Below are positions 1 through 8,362 of a stretch of DNA of 64,000 bases, in pieces. Position 1 is the stretch's first letter. Every line of letters begins with the position of its first letter. Below the pieces are notes generated by a model. It saw only the letters and a list, made by a program, of their open reading frames with translations, was not told the origin of the DNA and searched no databases. This stretch comes from an uncultured SAR86 cluster bacterium (lineage in GTDB: Bacteria; Pseudomonadota; Gammaproteobacteria; Magnimaribacterales; D2472), in NCBI GenBank assembly GCA_902538705.1, contig CACBGD010000001.1, positions 134,720 through 198,719 of the forward strand, written 5' to 3'. The position numbers and the translations under genes are program-made.

Positions 1-657
1 CGCTTCTGAAATTATGTTCTCATCACCTCTTGCAGCGAGCACCTTCTCATTAAGATTTCTTACTAGTGGATGTGTTTCATTCTTCTCTGCTACATCTTTA
101 GCAAATGCAACAGCATCTTCTACTATGTCTCCTTCAGATAATGAGTCTATAACACCCATATCTACAGCCTTTACAGCTGGTATATGCCTTCCTGAAAGCA
201 TTATTTTGAGGGCTTCAGCTGGCCCAACTAGACGGGGGAGACGTTGAGTTCCTCCTGCACCTGGCAACAACCCTAGATTTACTTCAGGCAAGCCTATAAA
301 ACCTTGCTTTGATGATACTCTATAATGACAACATAATGCTGTTTCCAGTCCACCACCAAGAGCAGATCCGTTAATTGCTGCAACAACAGGTTTTGTTGAT
401 TTTTCAATTTTTTCAAAAGCATCATGAATCGAAGGCCCCTCTATCTGTTGGCCAAATTCGGAAATATCTGCTCCTGCAATAAATGATCTACCTTTACCTG
501 TAAGTACAATACCAACAACACTATCATCAGATTCTGCTTTTTCCATACTTTCTATAAGACCATGTCTTACGCCATCACTTAGAGGATTAACCGGTGGATT
601 ATCAACCTCAAGAATTGCAATTCCATCGGTCACGCTGTAATTAATTTTTCCTTTCAA
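1..657 (-). CDS. Enoyl-CoA hydratase/isomerase (crotonase fold), N-terminal part of a probable FadB/FadJ-type multifunctional beta-oxidation enzyme; the 3' end of the gene lies outside the window
   Basis: Not in the ORF track because it runs off the window. My translation of the minus strand (frame ending at nt 1) is open for 219 codons: (TTG)KGKINYSVTDGIAILEVDNPPVNPLSDG...LTGKGRSFIAGADISEF...VAAINGSALGGGLETALCCHYR...GLPEVNLGLLPGAGGTQRLPRLVG. GGAG lies 6 nt upstream of the TTG at 657-655. Confidence 0.8.
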   Translation of the reverse strand, partial: MKGKINYSVTDGIAILEVDNPPVNPLSDGVRHGLIESMEKAESDDSVVGIVLTGKGRSFIAGADISEFGQQIEGPSIHDAFEKIEKSTKPVVAAINGSALGGGLETALCCHYRVSSKQGFIGLPEVNLGLLPGAGGTQRLPRLVGPAEALKIMLSGRHIPAVKAVDMGVIDSLSEGDIVEDAVAFAKDVAEKNETHPLVRNLNEKVLAARGDENIISEA

Positions 658-938
658 GACAAACTCCAAAAATTTTTTTACATTATACCCAAAAAAAAAG
701 GTATTTATTTTATAAAAAGTATTGATAATATATTATAAACATGCATAATAATAACTTGTCAGCACTCCTCCCCCTATTTTTGGGCTGACAAATCCTCTGA
801 AAAATGTGGAGGGCTTAGGCCCTCCAAGTCTAATAAGGAAAATAATGAGAGAGAATTTAGAAGTAATTTTTTTAGCAAGTTTATTTTTTGTTTCAGTACT
901 TGCAATTGCACCTGTAAGCTAAGTTATAATCCCACACC

Positions 939-1460
939 ATGAAAAATCTGTTGTCCATATGCACTGTTCTATTTTCAGTTACAAGCTTTGCTTGTAGTTC
1001 TTTGATTGACGAAAAGCTTAGAATACTTGATTCGACTGAATCCGAAAGTCTTTGTAAATATGAAGGTGACGTTCTGCTAATAGTTAATGTAGCTAGCAAG
1101 TGCGGATATACCCCTCAATACGAAGGTTTGCAAAAACTATATTCAGAATACAGTGATAAAGGCTTCACAGTAATAGGTATTCCATCTCGCGATTTTATGT
1201 GGCAAGAATTTACAGACGAATCTAAAACTGCTGAATTTTGTGATGCGACATACAATGTAACATTTCCTCTTTATGCAACTACTCGAGTTAGAGGAGATCA
1301 AGCACATCCACTCTTCAAAAAACTTTCTCGAGAATCTGGAAAAGAGCCATCTTGGAATTTTAATAAATTTCTTATTTCTAAAGAGGGCATACTAGTTGGA
1401 ATGTACGATTCAAAAGTTTTACCAGAATCATTAGCTGGCAAAATAGAAAATCTTCTCTAA
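939..1460 (+). CDS. Glutathione peroxidase (Cys-type), probable lipoprotein/periplasmic
   Basis: 173 aa. Active-site motif VASKCGYT (TGC Cys codon, not TGA) and WNFNKFL motif of the GPx family. The N-terminal hydrophobic signal ends in SFAC. Confidence 0.9.
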   Translation: MKNLLSICTVLFSVTSFACSSLIDEKLRILDSTESESLCKYEGDVLLIVNVASKCGYTPQYEGLQKLYSEYSDKGFTVIGIPSRDFMWQEFTDESKTAEFCDATYNVTFPLYATTRVRGDQAHPLFKKLSRESGKEPSWNFNKFLISKEGILVGMYDSKVLPESLAGKIENLL

Positions 1461-2096
1461 CTAACCAATAAATATTTGATCTGCTTTTCGTAATCCAAAT
1501 ATTCCGTTATCTACAACTCCGGGTATTGAATTAATCTTTGTTTCTAAAAATATTGGGTCATCAATTGTCATTCCAGTTAAATCAAGAATTTCATTTCCTT
1601 GATCAGTAATAAAATCATGTCTCAATTTTGCAATACCGCCCAAAGCCATTAATTTTCTTGCAACAAAACTTCTAGCTTGCGATAAGACTTCGACAGGGAT
1701 TGGGAAGGAGCCTAATTTTGAAACAATTTTTGATTGATCCGCAATACATAAGAAGTTCTTTGAGGCTGTTGCAATAATTTTCTCTTGAGTATGTGCACCA
1801 CCTCCACCTTTAATGAGAGATAAATCATCAGCAATTTCATCTGCTCCATCAACATAGAACTCAACCTCATCAACATCATTTAAATTATAAACATCTATGC
1901 CTATATTTCTTAATAGCTTTGTAGAAGCATCAGAACTGGAAACTGCACCTTTAACAAGGGTAGGACATGGTCGCAACAGCTCAATGAAACAATTAACTGT
2001 TGATCCAGTTCCAATTCCTAAGAAAGATTTTGAATTAATTTTGGGTTTGAGATAATTTAGTGCTTTTTCTGCAGCCCTTATCTTTGCATCGCTCAT
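1461..2096 (-). CDS. rpiA: Ribose-5-phosphate isomerase A
   Basis: Motifs GIGTGSTV, DGADE and KGGGGA. I prefer the ATG at 2096 (MSDAKIRAAEKAL...), which gives 211 aa like other RpiA. The track start at 2144 would overlap the ilvA start. Confidence 0.9.
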   Translation of the reverse strand: MSDAKIRAAEKALNYLKPKINSKSFLGIGTGSTVNCFIELLRPCPTLVKGAVSSSDASTKLLRNIGIDVYNLNDVDEVEFYVDGADEIADDLSLIKGGGGAHTQEKIIATASKNFLCIADQSKIVSKLGSFPIPVEVLSQARSFVARKLMALGGIAKLRHDFITDQGNEILDLTGMTIDDPIFLETKINSIPGVVDNGIFGLRKADQIFIG

Positions 2097-2127
2097 AAAG
2101 CTATAATACTCCAATGAGGAACGAGCT

Positions 2128-3663
2128 GTGAAAATATCCAACAAAAGGACAAAGAATTTTGCTAAATCAAAAAAATATTTATCTTTGATTGAAAATTCTA
2201 GTGTTTATGATGTAGCTCATGTTTCTCCAATTACTCATGCAACCAACCTTTCAAACAAACTTGGCCACAATGTTTTCCTTAAAAGAGAAGATCTACAACC
2301 TATTTTTTCTTTTAAAAATAGAGGTGCCTACAACAAAATTGTAAATATTAAAAATGATAAGCTCAAACTTGGAGTAATTGCTGCATCTGCTGGGAATCAT
2401 GCTCAGGGAGTAGCAAGCGCATGTAAAAAATTAAAGATTAAATGTCTTATAGTTATGCCCAAAACTACTCCGGAAATAAAGATCAGGGCCGTTAAGAATT
2501 TTGGTGCAAGAGTTAAACTCTTTGGAGATGACTATGACCAAGCCGTAAAGCATGCATATGAGATTTGTAAAAAGGAAAAGAAGGAATTTATTCACCCCTT
2601 TGATGATCCATATACAATAGCTGGTCAAGGAACAGTTGGAAAAGAAATTCTAGAAATAAATAATGACTTAGATGCAATTTTTGTTCCAGTTGGTGGAGGA
2701 GGTCTTTTGGCAGGAGTTTCAGCATGGATAGCCCAAAATAATAAAAAAATAAAAATTTATGGAGTCGAGGTTGATGATTCTGCATGTCTTTACGAGGCTC
2801 TTAAAGCAAATAAGAGAGTAAGACTAAAGAACGTAGGTATCTTTGCTGATGGCGTAGCTGTAGAACAAGTCGGTAAAAATAACTTTGATGTAATTAAAGA
2901 ATGCATAGACGGAGTCATAACAGTAAGCATTGATGAGGTATGTGCTGCAGTTAAAGATCTTTTTGAGGATACAAGAGTTATGTCTGAACCAGCTGGAGCA
3001 GTAGCGTTAGCAGGGCTAAAGAAATATTCATTAAAAAAGAAAAAGAATCTTCTAGCAATCAGTAGCGGCGCTAATCTTAATTTTGATAGATTAAGTTATA
3101 TTGTTGAAAGGTCAGAACTTGGAGAGGACAAAGAAAAGATTCTTAGTATTCAAATTCCTGAAAAAGCTGGAAGTTTTTTAAAACTATCAAAGATATTTTC
3201 TAATTCCCAGATTACCGAGTTTAATTACAGGCTTTCTGATCCAAATGATGCACATGTACTGGTTGGAATAAAAACAAAGTCTACTAAAAACTTTATATCA
3301 CTAAAAAATAAATTGTCTAAAAATCACTATCCTTTTAAAGATCTTACAAAAAACGAGATTTCAAATGACCATTTGCGACATATGGTTGGTGGAAGAAGTA
3401 CAAATGCAAGAACTGAAAGAGTTTTCAGGATGGAATTTCCTGAAAGGCCAGGGGCTTTGCTAGATTTCTTAGAAAAATTAGGTAATAAATGGAATATAAC
3501 GCTCTTTCATTATAGAAATTTAGGTTCTGCTTTTGGGAAAGTCTTGGTAGGCATCCAAGATAGCTCAAAGAATAAAGCGCTACTAAAAAGATATTTAAAA
3601 AGAACTGGATACAATTTCACAGAAGAGACTTCAAACATAGCATATAAACATTTTCTTGAGTAA
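2128..3663 (+). CDS. ilvA: Biosynthetic threonine dehydratase (threonine ammonia-lyase)
   Basis: 511 aa. PLP-lysine motif FSFKNRGAYN and glycine loop VGGGGL. The C-terminal ~180 aa regulatory region is typical of IlvA. The GTG start at 2128 is uncertain; an in-frame TTG about 54 nt downstream is possible. Confidence 0.9.
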   Translation: MKISNKRTKNFAKSKKYLSLIENSSVYDVAHVSPITHATNLSNKLGHNVFLKREDLQPIFSFKNRGAYNKIVNIKNDKLKLGVIAASAGNHAQGVASACKKLKIKCLIVMPKTTPEIKIRAVKNFGARVKLFGDDYDQAVKHAYEICKKEKKEFIHPFDDPYTIAGQGTVGKEILEINNDLDAIFVPVGGGGLLAGVSAWIAQNNKKIKIYGVEVDDSACLYEALKANKRVRLKNVGIFADGVAVEQVGKNNFDVIKECIDGVITVSIDEVCAAVKDLFEDTRVMSEPAGAVALAGLKKYSLKKKKNLLAISSGANLNFDRLSYIVERSELGEDKEKILSIQIPEKAGSFLKLSKIFSNSQITEFNYRLSDPNDAHVLVGIKTKSTKNFISLKNKLSKNHYPFKDLTKNEISNDHLRHMVGGRSTNARTERVFRMEFPERPGALLDFLEKLGNKWNITLFHYRNLGSAFGKVLVGIQDSSKNKALLKRYLKRTGYNFTEETSNIAYKHFLE

Positions 3664-4788
3664 ATGAGTATTAGAGAATTTAAGGTTTCGGTAGATGAGT
3701 ACAAAATAGAAGATCTCTATAAAAGAATAGACCTTACCAGGTGGCCTGATGAGATAAATGATGAGATCTGGACTCTTGGAACCAAAAAGAGTTTTTTAAA
3801 GGACGCTGTCCAATATTGGAGAAATGATTTTGATTGGAAGAAACATGAAAAACAAATAAATGATTTTGGTAGTTATAAATTTAAGACAAAGGATGATTTA
3901 GAGATACACTTTATTCATTCAAAATCAAATTCTAAAAGTTCTATACCAATCTTAATAACGCATGGATGGCCTGGGAGTATTCAGGAATTTTTCAAAATTA
4001 TTCCATTACTTAATAAGGATAGAGATGGCCTAAGCTTTGATGTTATCTGTCCCTCTATGCCTGGATATGGATTTTCAGATAAACCTAGCGAAAAAGGCTA
4101 TAACTCAAAAAAAATAGCTGAAATCAATCATGAACTAATGATGGCTCTTGGATATAAAAAATATGTAGTTCAAGGCGGTGACTGGGGTGCAACAGTTAGC
4201 AAATGGGCTGCTGAACTTTATCCCAAAGAAGTATTGGGACTTCATTTAAATTTAGTAATCGCTTTTCCACCCGAAAAAGATGACCCTATGGAGGGAGTTA
4301 CAGAACAGGAACAAGTTTTGCTTGCGAGGTATGCTAAATATTTAGAATTAGGAAGTGGATATTTTGAAATTCAAAGAACTAAACCACAAACCCTTGGATA
4401 CTCACTAAATGACTCTCCTGTCGGTTTAGCAGGATGGATAATTGAGAAGTTTCATTCTTGGACTGATGATGAAAAAAATAAATTAGTCGTAAGTCTTGAA
4501 GATGTGCTTTCTATAGTTTCCTTATATTGGTTTTCGGAATCAATAACTTCTTCAATGAGACTTTATAATGAGAACGGAAGAGAAGGATTCACAAAATCAA
4601 GAGTTGACGTGCCCACTGGCTGCGCGCTATTTAAAAATGAGATTGTTCTTCCACCGAAAGCTTGGGCAGAAGAAATATATAATCTTATTCATTGGAAGCA
4701 CTATGATGGAGGTCATTTTGCAGCTCTTGAAAAACCTGAGACTTTAGAAAAAGATATTAGACTATTTGTTCAGAAGCTTAGAATTTAA
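3664..4788 (+). CDS. Epoxide hydrolase (microsomal-EH-like alpha/beta hydrolase with EH N-terminal domain)
   Basis: 374 aa. Contains HGWPGS oxyanion motif and GGDWGA nucleophile elbow. The N-terminal segment is typical of the EHN domain. The ATG directly follows the ilvA TAA. Confidence 0.8.
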   Translation: MSIREFKVSVDEYKIEDLYKRIDLTRWPDEINDEIWTLGTKKSFLKDAVQYWRNDFDWKKHEKQINDFGSYKFKTKDDLEIHFIHSKSNSKSSIPILITHGWPGSIQEFFKIIPLLNKDRDGLSFDVICPSMPGYGFSDKPSEKGYNSKKIAEINHELMMALGYKKYVVQGGDWGATVSKWAAELYPKEVLGLHLNLVIAFPPEKDDPMEGVTEQEQVLLARYAKYLELGSGYFEIQRTKPQTLGYSLNDSPVGLAGWIIEKFHSWTDDEKNKLVVSLEDVLSIVSLYWFSESITSSMRLYNENGREGFTKSRVDVPTGCALFKNEIVLPPKAWAEEIYNLIHWKHYDGGHFAALEKPETLEKDIRLFVQKLRI

Positions 4789-7054
4789 ATCTTACCTTTA
4801 GAGTAATGATTTCGTTTGAAGGATTTTCCCAAGAATCTTGATATAGATCTTCATAAGCGAATACATTAGTATCGTCATAAAAACTATATCCCCTTGTATA
4901 AACTAAATAAAAATAGGAAAGAGGGGATATTTCATAGCGATACCTCATCTGAAGAGAGTTTTCAGAAACATAAAAAGGATCAATCATATAGTCTGATCCA
5001 CTCAATTCCCCTGATTGTGAGCTTATTAATGGAATTGGATCTTCAGCTTTAATCATTACTGATTGGTTTTTAAGTCTAAATTCATGCCTTGTGCCCTGAA
5101 AAAAAGTCATACCAAAATTAATATTTCTTCTGTTCTTGGTAAATGATCCAAGTCTATTCGTATCAATCCACTTTAACCACTCTTCTTCTTTTGAATCATC
5201 CACACCAAAACTAAATTGGAGTGTGTCATTAGGGAAATAATTTATATTAAACCTCTTACTCCTATTATTTCTTCCACCAGAATCCCATGAAGAATATGGT
5301 GAATAATTATTAAATCCAAAACCTGCACCAAAAGAGATGTTTTTATATTTGGGTGAGTCAAAACCCACATTAAACCCCACTTCATCCATAATCTCGATAT
5401 AGGGAGAGCCTTCATATTTTCTTGTTATATTTGTATCTTTACCCTTAGTTTTTGCAGACATAGATAAATCAATATTGAAATTGGATTTAAAAGATAACTC
5501 CGTCTTAGTCCAAACTCCTCTTGGAGATTTTTTCCCATCGGTTGTCATTGTTTGGTAAATAGAAATATTACTTTCTCTGCTTTTAAGTGCTGACTCGCTT
5601 GGGTATGAGTTTCTATCAAATTCAAATCTGTTATAAAACTTGATTTGATCATTTCTTTGAAGATAGCCCATATCATTCAGATCAAGATCTTTATCGAAAT
5701 AGTGAAAGCCAACAGTATTTTCATATTTATCATTAGGAATATATTTAATATCAAACCTAAGTCCATGGCCTGTAGAGTTTTCTTTCCTAGAATTCAATAA
5801 GTATCCAGAAATCTGCGTATTCTTTAATGCTGTATTCTCTATATCAAGAGAATATACATCCGAACTCTCATTAAAAAAATTACTCTTAGTTTTAGTTGCT
5901 AAAAAACCAACTTTATTTTGAGGATTATTCGACCTTACTCTAAATGCAAAATAGTCCCTTCCTTTTGAGAAATTTTCATCACTTTCAATTGCAGCTAAGA
6001 ATCCTAAATCAACTTTTTCTTTTTGAATTGTGTGTCTCAAAGTAAGATCTAAATCAGAATATTCTTTTCTATTGTTTTCACAAATATCAGATTGCTCGAA
6101 ACGACTACAATCATAATCCGGTCTTCCTCCTATTCTTCTTGTATTAATGACGTAAAAATCATCTCTTCCACCTTTGACTTCAAATAAGGAGTGATTTTCG
6201 GTAAAGAATGCTCTTTTTTCGGAGAAAAAGGTCTCAATTGCACTGAAATTAACCACAACTTGATCCGTCTCAACCTGACCAAAGTCTGGATTAATAGCTA
6301 TGTTTGTTTGGCTTCCATCACCATGATTTAAAAAAATATCTATTCCAGCCTTTTGAACCGATTCATTTGTTACAGAGTCTTCCGCAACAGTTAGATAAGG
6401 GAAATAACTATATTTTTTGGACTGATAATTATCAATTACAAGATCTTCAAGATCATATATAAAAGTTTCTCTTTCCCAATTTGTTTTTGTTGAACCAAAG
6501 CCAAATTCATCACTAGCTAACCATCGAAATGCAATAAATTTTACATTCCTTTTTGGCCCATCTACTTTCTGCATTGGCACCACTGTCCAAGGTATAAAAA
6601 ATTCAGAGCTCCAAAAATTATCGCCTTTAAATGTTCTTGCTATCCAATCACCATCCCAATCTTTGCTCTCACTATTGCCATTTGTATATGTTGCATCTGA
6701 AAGGGAGTCTCCAAGCGATATAGTAAATCCATATGCAACTTTAGAATTGCCATCAAAATCAATTGTGAATGAATTCTTATCTCCTCTATCATCCCAGTCA
6801 TCACGGATATGGTTAAAAGACCTTATAGTTTCATTATCTTGTTCATTGATAAAACCTACATAAATTCCGTCTTGATTGGTAAAGATTTTTACATTAGTTA
6901 GATATTTAGGGTCCTCAAAATTATATGGAACTATGGTTGTGAAATCTGATATCTGTTGAGCACTATCCCACTCCTTCTCATCAAGGACACCATCAATATC
7001 AATTGCATTAACATAAGTTATGCAAAAAAAAGTTAATAAAAATAATCTTAAAAT
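4778..7054 (-). CDS. Outer-membrane beta-barrel protein with N-terminal CBM9/DOMON-like domain (DUF5916-like); probable ATT start
   Basis: The track gives 4778..6583, but the same frame stays open to 7066. The extra 157 codons encode a signal peptide (ILRLFLLTFFCITYVNA|IDIDGVLDEKEWDSAQQISDF...) and a conserved-looking domain. The C-terminus ...LKVRFKF has the terminal Phe typical of OM barrels. There is no ATG/GTG/TTG between 6586 and 7066. ATT at 7054-7052 sits 7 nt after GGGAG. Confidence 0.75.
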   Translation of the reverse strand: MLRLFLLTFFCITYVNAIDIDGVLDEKEWDSAQQISDFTTIVPYNFEDPKYLTNVKIFTNQDGIYVGFINEQDNETIRSFNHIRDDWDDRGDKNSFTIDFDGNSKVAYGFTISLGDSLSDATYTNGNSESKDWDGDWIARTFKGDNFWSSEFFIPWTVVPMQKVDGPKRNVKFIAFRWLASDEFGFGSTKTNWERETFIYDLEDLVIDNYQSKKYSYFPYLTVAEDSVTNESVQKAGIDIFLNHGDGSQTNIAINPDFGQVETDQVVVNFSAIETFFSEKRAFFTENHSLFEVKGGRDDFYVINTRRIGGRPDYDCSRFEQSDICENNRKEYSDLDLTLRHTIQKEKVDLGFLAAIESDENFSKGRDYFAFRVRSNNPQNKVGFLATKTKSNFFNESSDVYSLDIENTALKNTQISGYLLNSRKENSTGHGLRFDIKYIPNDKYENTVGFHYFDKDLDLNDMGYLQRNDQIKFYNRFEFDRNSYPSESALKSRESNISIYQTMTTDGKKSPRGVWTKTELSFKSNFNIDLSMSAKTKGKDTNITRKYEGSPYIEIMDEVGFNVGFDSPKYKNISFGAGFGFNNYSPYSSWDSGGRNNRSKRFNINYFPNDTLQFSFGVDDSKEEEWLKWIDTNRLGSFTKNRRNINFGMTFFQGTRHEFRLKNQSVMIKAEDPIPLISSQSGELSGSDYMIDPFYVSENSLQMRYRYEISPLSYFYLVYTRGYSFYDDTNVFAYEDLYQDSWENPSNEIITLKVRFKF

Positions 7055-7650
7055 TTTAAAACTCCCTTTTCAGTTACAACTGAGTCACATTTAAGGTCAT
7101 GGTCTTCTGCAAAACTGACTTCTAAAATTTGAAATGCATAACCTGCACCTATTATAAATGGTTTTCTGCTTAACTCACTCTCCTGATTAAAGAACCTATC
7201 GTAGTATCCACCTCCATATCCAAGCCTAAATCCATTTATATCTATACCTACCAGCGGCAATACTGCAAGATCAATTTCAGCTAATTCAACAGTGTCTAAA
7301 TCATTACTCTCCTTGATGCCAAATTTATTTGTTGAGTAACTAGAATTTTTTCTTAATCTATTAATTATTATTTTTTCTTTTGATATAACTTTTGGAATAT
7401 AAACTTCAATAGCTTTTTGCCATGCTAATTCAGTAGTTTGCTCAATTGAAGGCTCATTATCGATGGATTGATAGACAAGAATTTTTTTTAAATCTCTGTT
7501 TTGGATTTCATTTATCAAATGAGTATTAATTTCACAAGAGACTTGCTTCAGTTCTTCTTTGGGAAGAGAGCGCCTCCGTTTTAAAAGTGATCTTCGAATA
7601 TCTTCTTTCACAGCATTCAGTACGGAGGCATAGAACCGATTCACCGTCAC
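7048..7650 (-). CDS. ygfA: 5-formyltetrahydrofolate cyclo-ligase
   Basis: 200 aa. GYGGGYYDR motif. Sits immediately downstream of the 6S RNA as in E. coli/Pseudomonas. GTG start. Confidence 0.85.
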   Translation of the reverse strand: MTVNRFYASVLNAVKEDIRRSLLKRRRSLPKEELKQVSCEINTHLINEIQNRDLKKILVYQSIDNEPSIEQTTELAWQKAIEVYIPKVISKEKIIINRLRKNSSYSTNKFGIKESNDLDTVELAEIDLAVLPLVGIDINGFRLGYGGGYYDRFFNQESELSRKPFIIGAGYAFQILEVSFAEDHDLKCDSVVTEKGVLKF

Positions 7651-7806
7651 ATATAATCCCCGAACCCTTTGTCCAGGTGGTGAATATCATGCTAAATCAG
7701 GCTTCTCTTAAAAAAAGGTAATGCACAACATTAACAGAGGAAAATCACCTTAATAAAAATTATAGGTTCAAAAAATAACTTATATATAAACGAATGAACC
7801 AGTATG
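7645..7806 (-). ncRNA. ssrS: 6S RNA (ends approximate, +/-15 nt)
   Basis: Located between zapA and the 5-FCL gene, the conserved ssrS position. The minus-strand sequence ...GGUGAUUUUCCUCUGUUAAUGUUGUGCAUUACCUUUUUUUAAGAGAAGCCUGAUUUAGCAUGAUAUUCACCACCUGGACAAAGGGUUCGGGGAUUAUAU shares the blocks GAGAAGCC, AUUCACC and AAGGGUUC with the E. coli 6S 3' half. The expected pairings are present: GGUGA/UCACC, GAACC/GGUUC and AUAUAA/UUAUAU (closing stem). A TATACT -10 candidate lies at 7817-7812. Confidence 0.8.
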
Positions 7807-7840
7807 GACTTAGTATAAGTTATTTATTAATTATCTAGAA

Positions 7841-8101
7841 CTATGTTTTTAAAGCTTTATCAACTTTTTCTAAAAGAAGATCTAAACCTTCAATATTTAT
7901 AGATTCACCTGAAGGGTTAAGACATTTATTTGCAAGATTCAGTCCAGCAAGGATTAAAGCATTTTCTTTATCTGAAATCCCATTTAGTTCCTCATTAAGA
8001 AGCTCTGCTGCAGACAAGAGAGCATCCTTCTCATCAGAGGGACATGCAAGAGTTATATCTCTTCCAAAAACTCTTAGGGAAACTCTTTCAATTTCAGCCA
8101 T
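7841..8101 (-). CDS. zapA: Cell division protein ZapA
   Basis: MAEIERVSLRVFGRDITLACPSDEKDALLSAAELLN... resembles the ZapA N-terminus (xxIxIFGRxxxxxCP). I prefer the ATG at 8101, which makes an ATGGCTGA overlap with the upstream stop. The track start is 8116. Confidence 0.8.
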   Translation of the reverse strand: MAEIERVSLRVFGRDITLACPSDEKDALLSAAELLNEELNGISDKENALILAGLNLANKCLNPSGESINIEGLDLLLEKVDKALKT

Positions 8102-8300
8102 TATTCTCTGAAGCAATCTTTTTTAGCTCAAATTCTAAATCTTTTATTTTCTTTAGATTAAGGGTTTTATTTTTCTTCCAATCCCTTTCTCTTTGGACAT
8201 ATCCGTCGATAATACCTTTTTGCTCACTAAATTTTTTAAGAAGAACATCAACTTTTTTATTGAGTTCTTCTAAAACATTCTTATTTAGATCTTTGGCCAT
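8094..8300 (-). CDS. Small coiled-coil protein (TIGR02449-like partner found upstream of zapA)
   Basis: 68 aa with heptad-rich sequence LEELNKKVDVLLKKF...LKKIKDLEFELKKI. Same position as the coiled-coil gene preceding zapA in Pseudomonas. Confidence 0.55.
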   Translation of the reverse strand: MAKDLNKNVLEELNKKVDVLLKKFSEQKGIIDGYVQRERDWKKNKTLNLKKIKDLEFELKKIASENNG

Positions 8301-8362
8301 AAACTAGATTAATTCTAGCTTATAAAATTGGGAACTTCCAAATAAGAGAGTAAAATAAAGAT

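Noticed and set aside
14-247. 77-aa plus-strand ORF at the window start
   Set aside because: It lies antisense to the clearly coding crotonase-fold frame on the minus strand. It has low-complexity Ser/Ala/Thr content and is a shadow ORF.
1088-1110. Possible selenocysteine in the glutathione peroxidase active site
   Set aside because: The active-site codon in VASKCGYT is TGC (Cys). There is no in-frame TGA and no SECIS-like hairpin.
2114-2131. Five-codon ORF (MRNEL) whose TGA overlaps the ilvA GTG start (GTGA); possible ilv leader peptide
   Set aside because: It is too short and has no Ile/Val/Leu run or attenuator hairpins. The TATAAT at 2102-2107 would place the TSS at or after its ATG. 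It cannot be distinguished from chance.
2097-2144. Longer rpiA start at 2144 given by the ORF track
   Set aside because: It would add 16 non-conserved residues and overlap the ilvA start. The ATG at 2096 gives an N-terminus that aligns with other RpiA proteins.
8301-8362. Small hairpin CTAGA-TTAAT-TCTAG in the divergent promoter region between the coiled-coil gene and pepP
   Set aside because: It is a 5-bp AT-rich stem, which is expected by chance. I recognise no associated motif.
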